Assembly (NCBI GenBank): GCA_009914755.4 | Contig: CP086569.2 | Coordinates: forward strand, 15,328,001-15,392,000 | Reading direction: 5' to 3' | From: the human T2T-CHM13v2.0 reference genome, Homo sapiens | DNA: 64,000 nucleotides | Part shown: positions 11,885-22,530 of the stretch, piece by piece | How the letters are laid out: each line of letters opens with the position of its first letter | How positions within the stretch are numbered: the stretch's first letter is position 1 | Notes under the pieces: model-generated | Told to the model about the DNA's origin: nothing | Seen by the model: only the letters and a program-made list of their open reading frames with translations | Database searches by the model: none | Position numbers and translations under genes: made by a program

Positions 11885-12168
11885 GTGTTTCACCCTGTCA
11901 TTTCAGAAGTTTGTGAAGCCAAGGCAGGAAAATCACTGTAGTCTGGGAATTTAAGGCCAGCCTGTGCAACATAGTGTGACCCTCATCTCTGCAAAAAATG
12001 TAAAAAAAAAAAATAGCTGGGCATGGTCTCCTTGCCTATTGTTCTAGCTACAGGCTGAGTCAGGAGGATTGCTTGAAGCTGTGAGGTCAAGGCTGCAGTG
12101 AGCCCTGACTACATTACAGCCTGGGCAAAAGAGCAAGACCCCGTCACCAAAAAAAAAAAAAAAAAAAA
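11885..12168 (+). mobile_element. Alu SINE (diverged), sense, with poly(A) tail
   Basis: Contains aaaatagctgggcatggt, gtcaggaggattgcttgaagctgtgaggtcaaggctgcagtgagcc and cctgggcaaaagagcaagaccccgtc, followed by A25. Confidence 0.7.
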
Positions 12169-12235
12169 AAAAGGAAGAAGAAGAAAAAGGAAAAGAAAAA
12201 GAAGAAGGAGAAGGAGAGGAGAAAAGAAAGAGAAA
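12169..12235 (+). repeat. (GAA/GGA)n purine-rich simple repeat
   Basis: ggaagaagaagaaaaaggaaaagaaaaagaagaaggagaaggagaggagaaaagaaagag. Confidence 0.8.
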
Positions 12236-13469
12236 TATCCCTTAACATAGATGAATAGCAACTGGTCTTTTAAACTCTTTTCCTTGACTAGACCATTTTT
12301 ACTTTGCAGGTCCTGTTAACTCATAAAATCTCATCTTTACAAGGAAAAGTCTCCCTTGGGTATTTTTTTTTTTTTTTATGTTTTAGAATTCTTTCATATG
12401 GTGTTGACATCTTAAAACTCAATGCACAAGACGATGTGTTGAATTGTCACCAATGTAGAAATAATGGTTAGCTCTTTAAATATTTTGAAATTAATTGAAT
12501 TATGGAATGTTAGAGATTGCATTGACCGTTGACAAGACAGCATCCCATCCTGAAGACTGACATATCTTTGCCTTAAATATATATTTAGAAAAGTTTTGAA
12601 TTGTTGTCTACACATCAATTAACTCACCGCTACTTAAGCACCCACTGGAAAAAATAAATGAACATGAGTTAGTGCCAACAGCCCATAATCATGTTTTAAA
12701 TATAGCTTTTATTTTGCATCCTAATTTCTTGTGATAGTTGAATGTTCTTTTAATTACCTGTGATTTAATTTTTTTAATGATTTAACCTTGCCCATTTGTA
12801 CTCCCTGTGCTGAAAAGTATACGTGGCATGAGATTGACAGACCATTCTGCAAACATTACATCAAGTAGAGAGAGTTTTGAGTGAACAGCAGGAATCTGAG
12901 AACCGAATGAGGCAGGTCAATTTTTAGCACAAGCTTTGCAAGCAAACAGCTATGTTCCTATCCATACATTATGTCTCTGAAACTCAGTCTCCTCATTCCC
13001 CAATGCATAGGCATTTTACCTGTCTCAAAATTGATTTAAATGAGTCAATGATTATTAGAGTGTCTCAAAAATGGAAAAGTGCTTTGCAGTTGTAAGGTAG
13101 CATGACTCTTTTTAAAAGGAAACTGATAAGTTAAGCTATTCAAGGTAATTTTTAATTACTATTTTCTTAATATATTTTCAATAAATTCTAATATTAGCAT
13201 TCATTTGGTTCATAGCACTGTAACTAAAATTTGTATTTTAATATCATAGAGTAAACCTAATGTCCGTTTCTAATTTTTTGGTTGTTGTTTGTTTTGGGAA
13301 AAGCATTAACATTGAATTTGAATTTTGGTAAATGTTAAATTCTATGAATGTTATTTAGAAATACATAATAATCAACATAAGTTTAAGATTATTTATTGAA
13401 TAGTAGCACACTACAGTTGAATGGAAATATACTTGTCAAATTTTGAGCACACACCATGAAATAGATTTT

Positions 13470-14640
13470 ATTTCTCTTTCCACATGTACAAGAAACCAAC
13501 AAAATTCTCTGCAGGACAAATATAGAGAAAACAAGAGCTAGCATTATACATAATGGTGAAAGGCTGGATGCTTTTCCCCTAATATCAGAAAAGGTGAGAA
13601 GATTTCTGCTCTCACCACTTCTATTAAACATTATACTGGAGGTTCTAGCCAAGGTAATTATGTCAGACAAAAAAAGGAATAAAATAAAAGGCATGTATAC
13701 TGGCAAGGAAGAAATAAGACAATATCTATTTGCAGACGTCATGATCTCATAAAAATAAAACTCTAAAGATACAAGATCAATATTTAGAAAGTCAATTGAA
13801 TTTCTATATGCTTCCAATGGAGAATCCAAACAAAAAATTACGAAAAATAATTCAATGTACAAAGCAGCAAAAAATAAAATACTTAGGAGTAAATTACAGA
13901 AAGTAGTATAGTGTAATACTTAGACACTGAAAACTACAAAACTTTGCTCGAAGTAGTTAAAGAAAACCTACATAAGTGGAAAGGCATCTTGTGTTCTAGG
14001 TTTGGAAGACCTGATATTGCTAAGAAGATGGGACCTGACAAGGTGGTCTCTTGAGTCACCACAATCCCCAGAAAAATCCCAATGGACTATTTCAGAGGTA
14101 GAAAAGTTGATCTGAAAATTCGCAATGGAATCGCAATGCATTCTGAATAGCCAAATCATTCTTGAAAAAGAAGACCAAAGTTGAAGAACTGACATGTTCA
14201 TTAATTGCCAGGTGGATAAACAAAATGTGATACAGCCAGGCAATGGAATAGCTAACCATAGAAAGGAATGAAGTACTCGTACATGCTGCAACATCGATGT
14301 GCCTTGAAAACATTATGCTAAGTGAAATAAGCCAGAAACAATACCAGTCTTGTTTGATTCTATTTATGTAAATGTCCAGAACAGGCAAATCTATAGAGAT
14401 CATAAATATATTAGTGTTTGCCTGAGGCTGGGGTTGTAGTGGGATAGGGCGTTAGAATGCAGAATAACAGCCGACAAATACAGCATTTATTTTGGGGATG
14501 ATGGAAATATTCTAAAATAGTTTGTGATTATGGTTATTATTTTACAATGCCAAAACCCATTGAATTTTACACCTTATATGGGTAAATCATATCTGAATAA
14601 AACTGTTAGCAAAAGAAAAATACAAACCAAAAAAAAAAAT
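13470..14640 (+). mobile_element. Ancient L1 (L1M-type) ORF2-to-3'-end fragment, sense, heavily mutated
   Basis: cagaaaaggtgagaagatttctgctctcaccacttctattaaacattatactggaggttctagccaagg is the L1 ORF2 RT region. caaaataaaatacttaggagtaaattacagaaag and ccagaaacaataccagtcttgtttgattctatttatgt are also present. A-rich terminus at about 14630. Confidence 0.7.
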
Positions 14641-15934
14641 CTGTAAGTGAGAGAGTTCTGTAGCTTGAACTACTTTTTATAATTGAGTCAGCTCTTTTCA
14701 CAATGTTGATTTTTCTCCCTTGATATCCCACAGTTTATTTTCTATTAAAGGAAGGATGAGTTCTGGGACTTTTGGTGAGTCTTACTTCGCTAGGATACAG
14801 GCATCAATTCCTCTGTCCTGCATGTGGGGAAAAAATCTGGGTTTGAAAGTATGGAATTCTGATTAACATAATCGATTGACAACCTGATGTTTCTGCTATT
14901 GGAAAGGAGTCCCGATCCAGACCCCAAGAGCGGGTTTGTGGCTCTTATGAAAAAGAGAGCTCAGGGCGAGTCCACAGTGCAAAGCAAAAGCAAGTTTCTT
15001 AAGAAAATAAAGTGGTAAAAGGATAGCTACTCCTCAGACAGTCTGGTGTTCCCGGAATGCACCCATCCTAGGTACAACTCTTGTTTATATATAGGTTAAA
15101 AAAAAAAAAAAATCATAGGAAGATGTGCTCCACTACAAAGATTTGTGATAAAGGATGAATTTTCCTTATTATATTTTGTAAGAATTGATATTATTATCTT
15201 TAAAGCAAAATTAGGAATACTTTTCTTCTCAAGATAATGGGATATCCAGGATATTCCTGAATCTGGGTCCATTTAGAAAACGTTGTTAATCTATTTTTCA
15301 CTTAACCTTAAACATCTAGAGGCTAGGAATACCTAACCTTCTTGGAATGCAGTGCAGCAAGTTCCAGCTTCATTTTTACTAGCCATCTCTCAACATGGAG
15401 CTGCTCTGGTATGTGTGTCTCTAATATTTCTAGAGTAATTACCTAGAACAGAACATACAATGTCCAGGACTTTTGTTGATACTATGTATATGTAACTAAA
15501 TTTGATAATATATGTAGTAACTATAGTATTTCCTAACAGATTATTACTTAGATGTGGGGAATATATTGAATGTGTGTGTTAAATTCATAACCAACAATGT
15601 TACTTTACTGACTTAACATCTCCATTCTTCCTTTCTGGTTGATTCTTTTAAGCTTTATTTACAAAATTATCCCTTCCTCCAATATAATAACTCTACTTTC
15701 TCCTTTATATTGGCACAGTATATTCCATTCCTTTCTCCCTCATATTGAATTTGATAGTAATTCTAAACTAACACTAGTGATTAATGTTGTAGGTCCTCAT
15801 GAAAGCAACTAAAGAAAATGTGGTCTCTTAAAGTCTCTAAGAAGAAAAGAAAACAAAGAGATTTAACTGAAACTGCCATTGCCAAATAATAGCTGAGACA
15901 GTGAATGAGGTCTGACCTAACAAACTCCATGTTA

Positions 15935-16850
15935 CTTCTAACCTCCAAGCTGTCCTTATCCACTTCTGGGCAGAGGCTGAACTAACTTTGGTAGGAACTT
16001 ATTTTATTGGTTATAGTTTGAAGCAAAGACAGTAACAGCCCTTTCCCAAAACAAACCCCCTTCTTGCCTAAGCACTAGACTGCCTCTGTGGGACTAACAA
16101 ATTAGTCAAAATATTAAAAATCATGGTTTAGGAGTCACATGCAGGTAGAGGCTGCAAGATTCACAACCTCCCCAAATTCCTTCTAGGGTTAACATGACTT
16201 ATAAAACCTAAGATTGGAGCTTGAGAGAGCTTGAGATATTTCACAGTCCCTGCACCCAGTGGATCAGCTGGCACCACCTAGATCCATAAACTGGCTCATT
16301 CAATCTTGTGGCCCCCACCCAGGAACTGACTCAGCAGAAAAGAACAGTTTTTACTTCCTATTGAGAGAGGAGAAAGGAAAGAACCTGGTCAGGTAGGCAG
16401 TTAGGGTGGGTCCTCAGTTGAATTCTTTTAAACAAAAGAACAGCCTGCAGCCACAGATAAGGGAACTTGCAAGATGGTAGTGGGGCATGCCTAAGACATG
16501 CCTATAGCTTCACAGATAAGAAGGCCTACCCAGGTAATTTGCCAACACATGCCTGCAATGGAAAATTCCATCCACTAACAGATGCACAGTATGGGGAACA
16601 AAGCAATAAGGGCCCACGTGCAAATTAGGAGGATGGGCGGAGCTACCAGAAGTTTGCACATTTAAGCCCCACATTTTGAGGGAGTCTGATTTAAGTAATA
16701 TATAATAATAAAACTCTGGTCTACTGCACAGCCAGCTCTCCATGAGTTACTCATTCTCTGTTGCAATTCCCGTGTTTTGATAAATCCCCTCTGCCTAGGC
16801 AGCAGGCAAGAACCCATTGAATGATTACAAAACAACAAGCAAACTGGTAA
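15935..16850 (+). mobile_element. LTR-like interspersed repeat, copy A (family not resolved)
   Basis: Shares gggcagaggctgaactaactttgg, cagccctttcccaaaacaaaccc...ttcttgcctaagcactagactgcctctgtgggactaaca, aataaaactc...ctgttgcaattcccgtgttttgataaat and gcaggcaagaacccattg with copy B at 21500-22150. Confidence 0.4.
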
Positions 16851-17190
16851 AAACTACTGAAAGAAATGAAAGAATGGAGACTGGTAGTTCTGTCCAAGAA
16901 AGAATTTTGACACTGCAGTGCTCTTCAAGGATGTTACAAGTGGACCACCAGTGTGAGATGAGCAAACTCAAGCTTTTCACGTCCCTGATTGCCGTTCAGG
17001 GAATTCCACCTGCAGCTGGTGAACAGCAGTAGGGCAGCATTTTCTAGGTTCACCCAGCACCTAGATAGCCTATGTGGTGGTGTTTTCTGAACCCAGAACA
17101 AAAGTGCACAACAATGATGTTCACCTTGATTACTCAGTGAAGGTGGTGTTTGTCATACCTATCCAAAGCAAAATTACGCATTTGCCTTTA

Positions 17191-18070
17191 GTCAGGGTTC
17201 TCCAGAGGAACAGAACTAACAAGATAAATGTGTATATAAGGGGGAGTTTATTAAGGAGTATTGACTCACATGACAGAAGGTGAGGTCACACAATAGACTG
17301 TCTGTAAGCTAATGCACAAGGAAGCCAGCCTGAATCCCAAAATCTCAAAAGTAGAGAAGCTGAGAGTGTAGTCTTCAGTCTGTGGTTGAAGGTCTGAGTC
17401 CAAAAGCTGAAGAACGTGGAATCTGATGTTTGAGGGCAGGAAGCATACAGCACAGGATAAAGATGTAGACTGGAAGTCTAAGCCAGGCTAGTCCTTCCAT
17501 GTTTTTATTAGGGTTCTCTAGAGGGACAGAACAAATGGAATATATGTATATATAAGGGGGAGTTTATTAAGTATTTATATTAATATATAATTAATATAGT
17601 TATATATTAATAGCATATATTAATTAATAATATATATAAATGGGAATTTATGAAGTATTAACTCACAGGATCACAAGGTCCCACAACAGCCCATCTGCAG
17701 GTTGACAGCCTGCAGGCAAGGAGAACCAGTCTGAGTTCCAAAACTGAAGAACGTGGAATTCGATGTTCAAGGATAGGAAGCATCCAGCACTGGAGGAAGA
17801 TGTAGGCTGGGAGGCTAGGCCAGTATCCGTTTTTCACATTTGTCTGTCTGTTTATATTCTAGCCATGCTGGTAGCTGATTAGATTGTGCCCACCCAGATT
17901 AAGTGTTCATCTGCCTTTCCCAGCCCACTGACTCAAATATTAATCTCCTTTGTCAACACTCTTACAGACACTCACGAACAATACTTTGTATCCCTCTATC
18001 CAATCAAGTTGCCACTTCAATATGAGCTTGTTGTTTCTCATTTCACTTAATGATTTATAATCCATTAGTA
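17191..18070 (+). mobile_element. Interspersed repeat whose first about 315 bp are tandemly duplicated (17191-17505 and 17508-17850), with a TA-rich palindromic insert at 17575-17645
   Basis: Both copies start gggttctccagaggaacagaactaacaag / gggttctctagagggacagaacaaatgg and continue agtctgtggttgaaggtctgagtccaaaagctgaagaacgtggaatctgatgtttgagggcaggaagcatacagcac. The second continues into cccacccagattaagtgttcatctgcctttcccagcccactgactcaaatattaatctcc. Motifs recall an abundant mammalian-wide repeat, possibly MaLR-internal; the name is uncertain. Confidence 0.45.
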
Positions 18071-19267
18071 TCATTGGTCATTTTGATACTCAAGCTGTCT
18101 CCAAAATGGCCAGTGGTAGCTTCTCCAAATTGGCTTCTGTGTCTTTTTCTATAATTTCATGACTCTTTGAATATTTTTTATACGTTATATTCCTGATTAG
18201 TATCTTACACTGCTCCTGACTCAGCCTGGGATTCTGCAATTTTTCCAAGGAGCCCTGGAATCTATAAATGAAGAATGATGTATAGAAGCCAAACTCTGGA
18301 TCCACAACATGCTCATTAACATTGGAGTGTCCTCATGCCCAGAGCCTCTCAGTGAACAAAATAGGCACACATATACATGGTGGGGGCTATGGCTTTTCAT
18401 CCCCAAAATATTTGCTGAAAATCACTGACATGAGGCAGATTGATTAAGAGGAGAAAAGGCATACCAATTTATTTAATGCATATACACTGGAGCCTTCAGA
18501 TTAAAGACCCAAATTCTCAATCAGATCGAAAAGCTTATATGCCACCCTGGGTTAGAGAAAGGATCAGGACTTGGATCCTGGTAAAGCAGGTGATGGGATG
18601 GGGAGAAGAATAATTCTATTGAGGGAGAATAATTTCTATTCTAGGGAGAAAATAATTTCTAGGGAGAATGACAGAAGGGGATCAGAGATTAACTTCTGAA
18701 GAGTTCTCTTTGGAGTTAAAATGATCCTAGGAAGACACTCATTATAGTCGTAAAAAGGTCTGCTCAGTTGTGGGGTCACATTTTGGTCTTTTCTGAAGCA
18801 GACAATGAGATAGCAGAGGGAGGAAGAAAAAACAGTGGTTCTCCTTTAGGGGCCTGGATATTTGGCAGATAAGGAAACTTTGGCTTCTCTGGGTGAGAAG
18901 TTCAGGGGAGGATATCAGAGATACCTTGAGGCTTCTTTAGTTAGCACATCAAAATGCAGTATTTGGGAGTATTGGGTTCTGAACCCCAGCAACATGTACC
19001 TATATTTGTTTTCTTTATCTCTCAAAAAGTCTGTTTTAAAGACTATTACTTGGTGCTGATACCTCCAATTCTATATCCATACCCACTGTGTTTGTTTCAC
19101 CTTTCTATGTTCTTAATTGTAATTTGCCTATCTAGCAGAAATTTGACTCCCATTATTCTTAACATTTGTGCTTATTTTTATTTGCCCTTCCCCTCTATAT
19201 GTATCCAATCCTCCAAATCAGCTGTCATGTCTTTCTCCCGAGACAGATGTTCACTCCTGTATGTATG

Positions 19268-19572
19268 TATTTATTTTTATTTTTGAGAAAGAGTCTTGGT
19301 TTGTCACCCAGGCTGGAGTGCAGTGGCATGACGTCAACTCACTGCAACCTCTGTCTCCTAGGTTCAAGGAATATTCATTCCTCAGCATCAACAGTAGCTG
19401 GAATTACAGGCAGGCACCACCACACCTGGCTAATTTTTTCCTACTTTTAGTAGAGATCAGGTTTTGCCATGTTGGCCAGGCTGGTCTTGAACTTTTAACC
19501 TCAAGTGGTCCTTCCACCTTGGCCTCTCAAAGTGCTGGAATTACAGGCATCAGTCACCATGCCCTGCCCGCT
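19268..19572 (-). mobile_element. Alu SINE, antisense, T-rich head
   Basis: Contains tttatttttatttttgagaaagagtcttggtttgtcacccaggctggagtgcagtggcatgac, ggctaattttttcctacttttagtagagatcaggttttgccatgttggccaggctggtcttgaac and aaagtgctggaattacaggc. Confidence 0.85.
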
Positions 19573-19802
19573 TCCCCATATTTAAACATCACCACCTCAC
19601 ACCACACAGTCTTCCTGTGTGGTCACCGTCCTCACACTGACTCTGACCTCTTTCTCTGGACTACTGGGGCTCTTTCCCCTCTCCAGTGTTGACACCTGTC
19701 TTTCTCAACCCCATGCTGTAGATTCAGGACTAAATTTGTCAGAGGCATTTGAACAAGCTTGACCCCATCTTGACCACAGGCTCCTACCTCCATGCCCTGG
19801 GC

Positions 19803-19932
19803 ATTTTTTTTCTTAAGAGATGGGATTTCACTATGTTCCCAAAGTTCATCTGCAACTCCTGGCTTTGAGTGATCCTTCTGCCTCAACCTCCCAAAACACT
19901 GGGGTTACAGGTGTAAGCCATCGCACCTGGTT
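19803..19932 (-). mobile_element. Alu fragment (right monomer), antisense
   Basis: Contains ttttttttcttaagagatgggatttcactatgttcccaaag and tgatccttctgcctcaacctcccaaaacactggggttacaggtgtaagccatcgcacctgg. Confidence 0.6.
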
Positions 19933-19944
19933 CCAATTTTCTAT

Positions 19945-20305
19945 TATGGCCATGGTTTGAAAGTGTTCCTAAAATCCATGTATTGGAAACCTATTCTCCA
20001 ATGCAATCATGTTGAGAGGTGGGGCTTAGGAGAATTGCCTAAGGGTCCTGAGGCCTCCAACCTCATGAATGGATCAATGCTACTTATAAAAGGGCTTGCA
20101 GACAGGAGTTCAATCTCTTCTCTCTGACATTCTTTCCTTCCATCACAAGATGATGCATCATGAAGACCCTCAATAGATGAGGGTCTCTCAATCTTTGACT
20201 TCCCAGCCTCCAAGACTGTAAGAAAGAAATCTCTATTCTTGATAAATTACCTCATCTGTGGTACACTGTTACAGCGCCACATAACAAATTAAGGCAATGA
20301 ATGAG
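19945..20305 (+). mobile_element. MaLR (MLT1/MST-type) LTR 3' half, sense
   Basis: Contains gttgagaggtggggcttagg and tgcttgacttcccagcctccaagactgtaagaaagaaatctctattcttgataaattacc, then gtggtacactgttacagcgccacataacaaattaag. Confidence 0.55.
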
Positions 20306-20454
20306 AATGGAAATGTTTTTCATCCCCAGCCACAGTTTTCAATATTTCACTTGTTTATGGTTTAATTAAAGAAAGGAATGCAGAATAAGCAAGTCTTTAT
20401 TCAAACTTCATTGGTCAGAAATGACAAATAAATGCTATTTGGATAATGTAAAAA

Positions 20455-20855
20455 TAAGTGGTACATATACACCATGGAATACTATCCAGCCATTAAAAGA
20501 AGTGAGATGACGTCCTTTGCAGGGACATGAATGGAACTGGAAGCTATTATCCTCAGCACGCTAACACAGGAAGAGATAACCAAACACAGCCATGTTCTCA
20601 CTCGTAAGTAGGAGCTGAACAATGAGAACACAAGGACACAGGGAGAAGAACATCACACACTGGGGCCTGTTGGTTGGACCTGGGGAGGAAGACCATAAGG
20701 ATAAATAGCTTATGCATGTGGGGCTGCATACCCAGGTGATTGGATAATAGATGCAGCAAACCAAAATGGCATGCATTTAACCTATGTAACTAACCTGAAC
20801 ATTCTGCACATGTATCGTGGAACTTAAAATAAAAGTAAATTAAATTTTTTAAATG
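20455..20855 (+). mobile_element. L1 3'-end fragment (L1P-type), sense
   Basis: Contains acatatacaccatggaatactatccagccattaaaag and gacatgaatggaactggaagctattatcctcagca. Also aaccaaacacagccatgttctcactcgtaagtaggagctgaacaatgagaacacaaggacacagggag and tgcagcaaaccaaaatggcatgcatttaacctatgtaactaacctg. Confidence 0.8.
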
Positions 20856-21499
20856 TACAAAAAAATTTATTTTGAATACAACCAAGCACCCACTAAAAAT
20901 GGCACCAAAAGAAGGACAGGTTCTCAGCACAAGCCATGATGCTAGTTGCTAACACCCACTCCTCTACTGGGAAAAAAAAAACACAGATTTCAGTGATAAG
21001 AAAGATAACTCAAATGACCTTGTCCATTTCATTGCCAATGCAGTTTCCAATGAATGTTCCTTGAAATCAGCATCATCTAGATAGTGTCAAATATGTACAC
21101 ATACAAAATAAAAAGAATGTAAATCATGACAGTGATCATATTTACTGGATACTCCAAAACATGCTGGGAGCTACTCTCTACAAGTGGAAAAGATGAATGG
21201 ACATTGTGCTCCAACATTGATTTACATAGATCCTTTGGTATCTTTCAATAAATATTTCCTTTTCCACACAATAAAGGGATCACATGTAACCAGTCAATTT
21301 TATCTGTAAATCTTTCTAGGGATCAGAGAAAACCATAAAGTACTAAAATTTTCAGTGCTTTCTAAAGTAAATTTGAGATTCTGAGATAACAGACATTGCC
21401 AGTAAGTAAGTCAATACTGCTTAAAACATAGCAGGGAAACTGCCTTTGCAAAATTATGACTGAGACACTAAAACAGATGTAATTTAACTGACTCCATCT

Positions 21500-22150
21500 T
21501 GCTTCTAACTCCCATGCTGTTCTTGTTCATTCCTGGGTATAGGCTGAACTAACTTTGGGAGAAATTATTTTATAGTTTCTTATTTAAGACAAAGACAATA
21601 ACAGCCTTTTCCCAGAGCAGACCTTCTTCTTGCCTGGGAACTAGATTGCCTTTGTAGGACTAACATTAGCCACAAGATTAGAAATTATGGTTTAGGACTC
21701 ATACAGTTAGAGGCTACAATATTCTGACCCTCTCAAACTGCTCTTAAGAACAGTGCTTGAAATATTTTGCAGAACCTGGATTTGATGGATAAGCTGGCAC
21801 TACACAGATCAATAACTGGCCCAACTGACCTTGTGGACCCTGAACAGGAACTGACTCAGCACAAGAAGACAGCTTCAACTCCCTATGATTTAATTCCTGA
21901 CCAATCCCTTCCCCACTCACTGGCGTCCCCCCACTCACCAACTTGTCCTTAAAAACTCTGCTGCCTGAATTATTGGGGAGACTGATTGAGTAATGATAAA
22001 ACTCCAGCCTCCCACATAGCTGGCTCTGTGTGAATTACTCTTTCTCTATTTCAATTCCCCTGTCTTGATAAATTGGCTCTGTCTATGCAGAGGGCAAGGT
22101 GAACCCATTGGGTGGTTACAAGACCTGGTAAAAAGTCAAGAATAAAATGA
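21500..22150 (+). mobile_element. LTR-like interspersed repeat, copy B (same family as 15935-16850)
   Basis: Contains tataggctgaactaactttgg, cagccttttcccagagcagacc...ttcttgcctgggaactagattgcctttgtaggactaaca, aataaaactcc...ctatttcaattcccctgtcttgataaattggctctgtctatgcagagggcaaggtgaacccattg and ggttacaag. Confidence 0.4.
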
Positions 22151-22239
22151 AGAAAGATGACGTCAAGTACTAAAAGTTTGTGTCTTCCGTACTGCCCCAA
22201 ATTTATATGGTGAAGCCTTAATTGCTATTACAATGGTAT

Positions 22240-22530
22240 CAGAGAAGGAGCCTTTGAGGGGTAAGTAAGCCATGAGTACAGAGTTTTCATCATGGGATTA
22301 GTGGCCTTATAAGAAGCAAGAAGAGAGAGATGATGAATCTCAGTCCACCATGTAAGGATACAGCAAGAAGACACCTGTCTGCAGGCTAGGAAGAGAGCCT
22401 TCACCACCCAGTGGATTTGCTGGTGCCCTGACCTTAGACTTCCCAGCCTCCAAGCAGTGTGAGAAATGAATTTCTGCTGTTTAAGCCACCCAGTACTCTG
22501 CTGTATCAGGCCGATCTAAGTCAAATGAAA
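22240..22530 (+). mobile_element. MaLR (MLT1-type) LTR 3' half, sense
   Basis: Contains gagcctttgaggggtaagtaagccatgag, ggccttataagaagcaagaagagagag, ccatgtaaggatacagcaagaagacacctgtctgcaggctaggaagagagccttcaccacc and cctgaccttagacttcccagcctccaagcagtgtgagaaatgaatttctgctgtttaagccacccag. Confidence 0.5.

Noticed and set aside
13389-13862. 157-aa ORF on the minus strand
   Set aside because: Antisense strand of the ancient L1 ORF2 fragment. Low-complexity hydrophobic translation. A-rich sense strand means a stop-poor antisense frame.
14890-15420. Two pieces (14890-15060 and 15300-15420) resembling one LTR-type consensus (tccacagtgcaaagcaaaagcaagtttcttaag... / cttaacc..ggaatgcag..gcagcaagttccagc..cattttta..agc..tctcaacatggagctgctctgg)
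   Set aside because: I recognise the consensus but cannot name the family or define its ends reliably, so I left it out of the feature table. It needs RepeatMasker.
19168-19692. 174-aa ORF on the plus strand
   Set aside because: Runs through an antisense Alu (translating [18 protein letters not shown] Alu-antisense peptides) and flanking sequence. This is a typical Alu-exonization-like artefact with no splice or expression evidence here.
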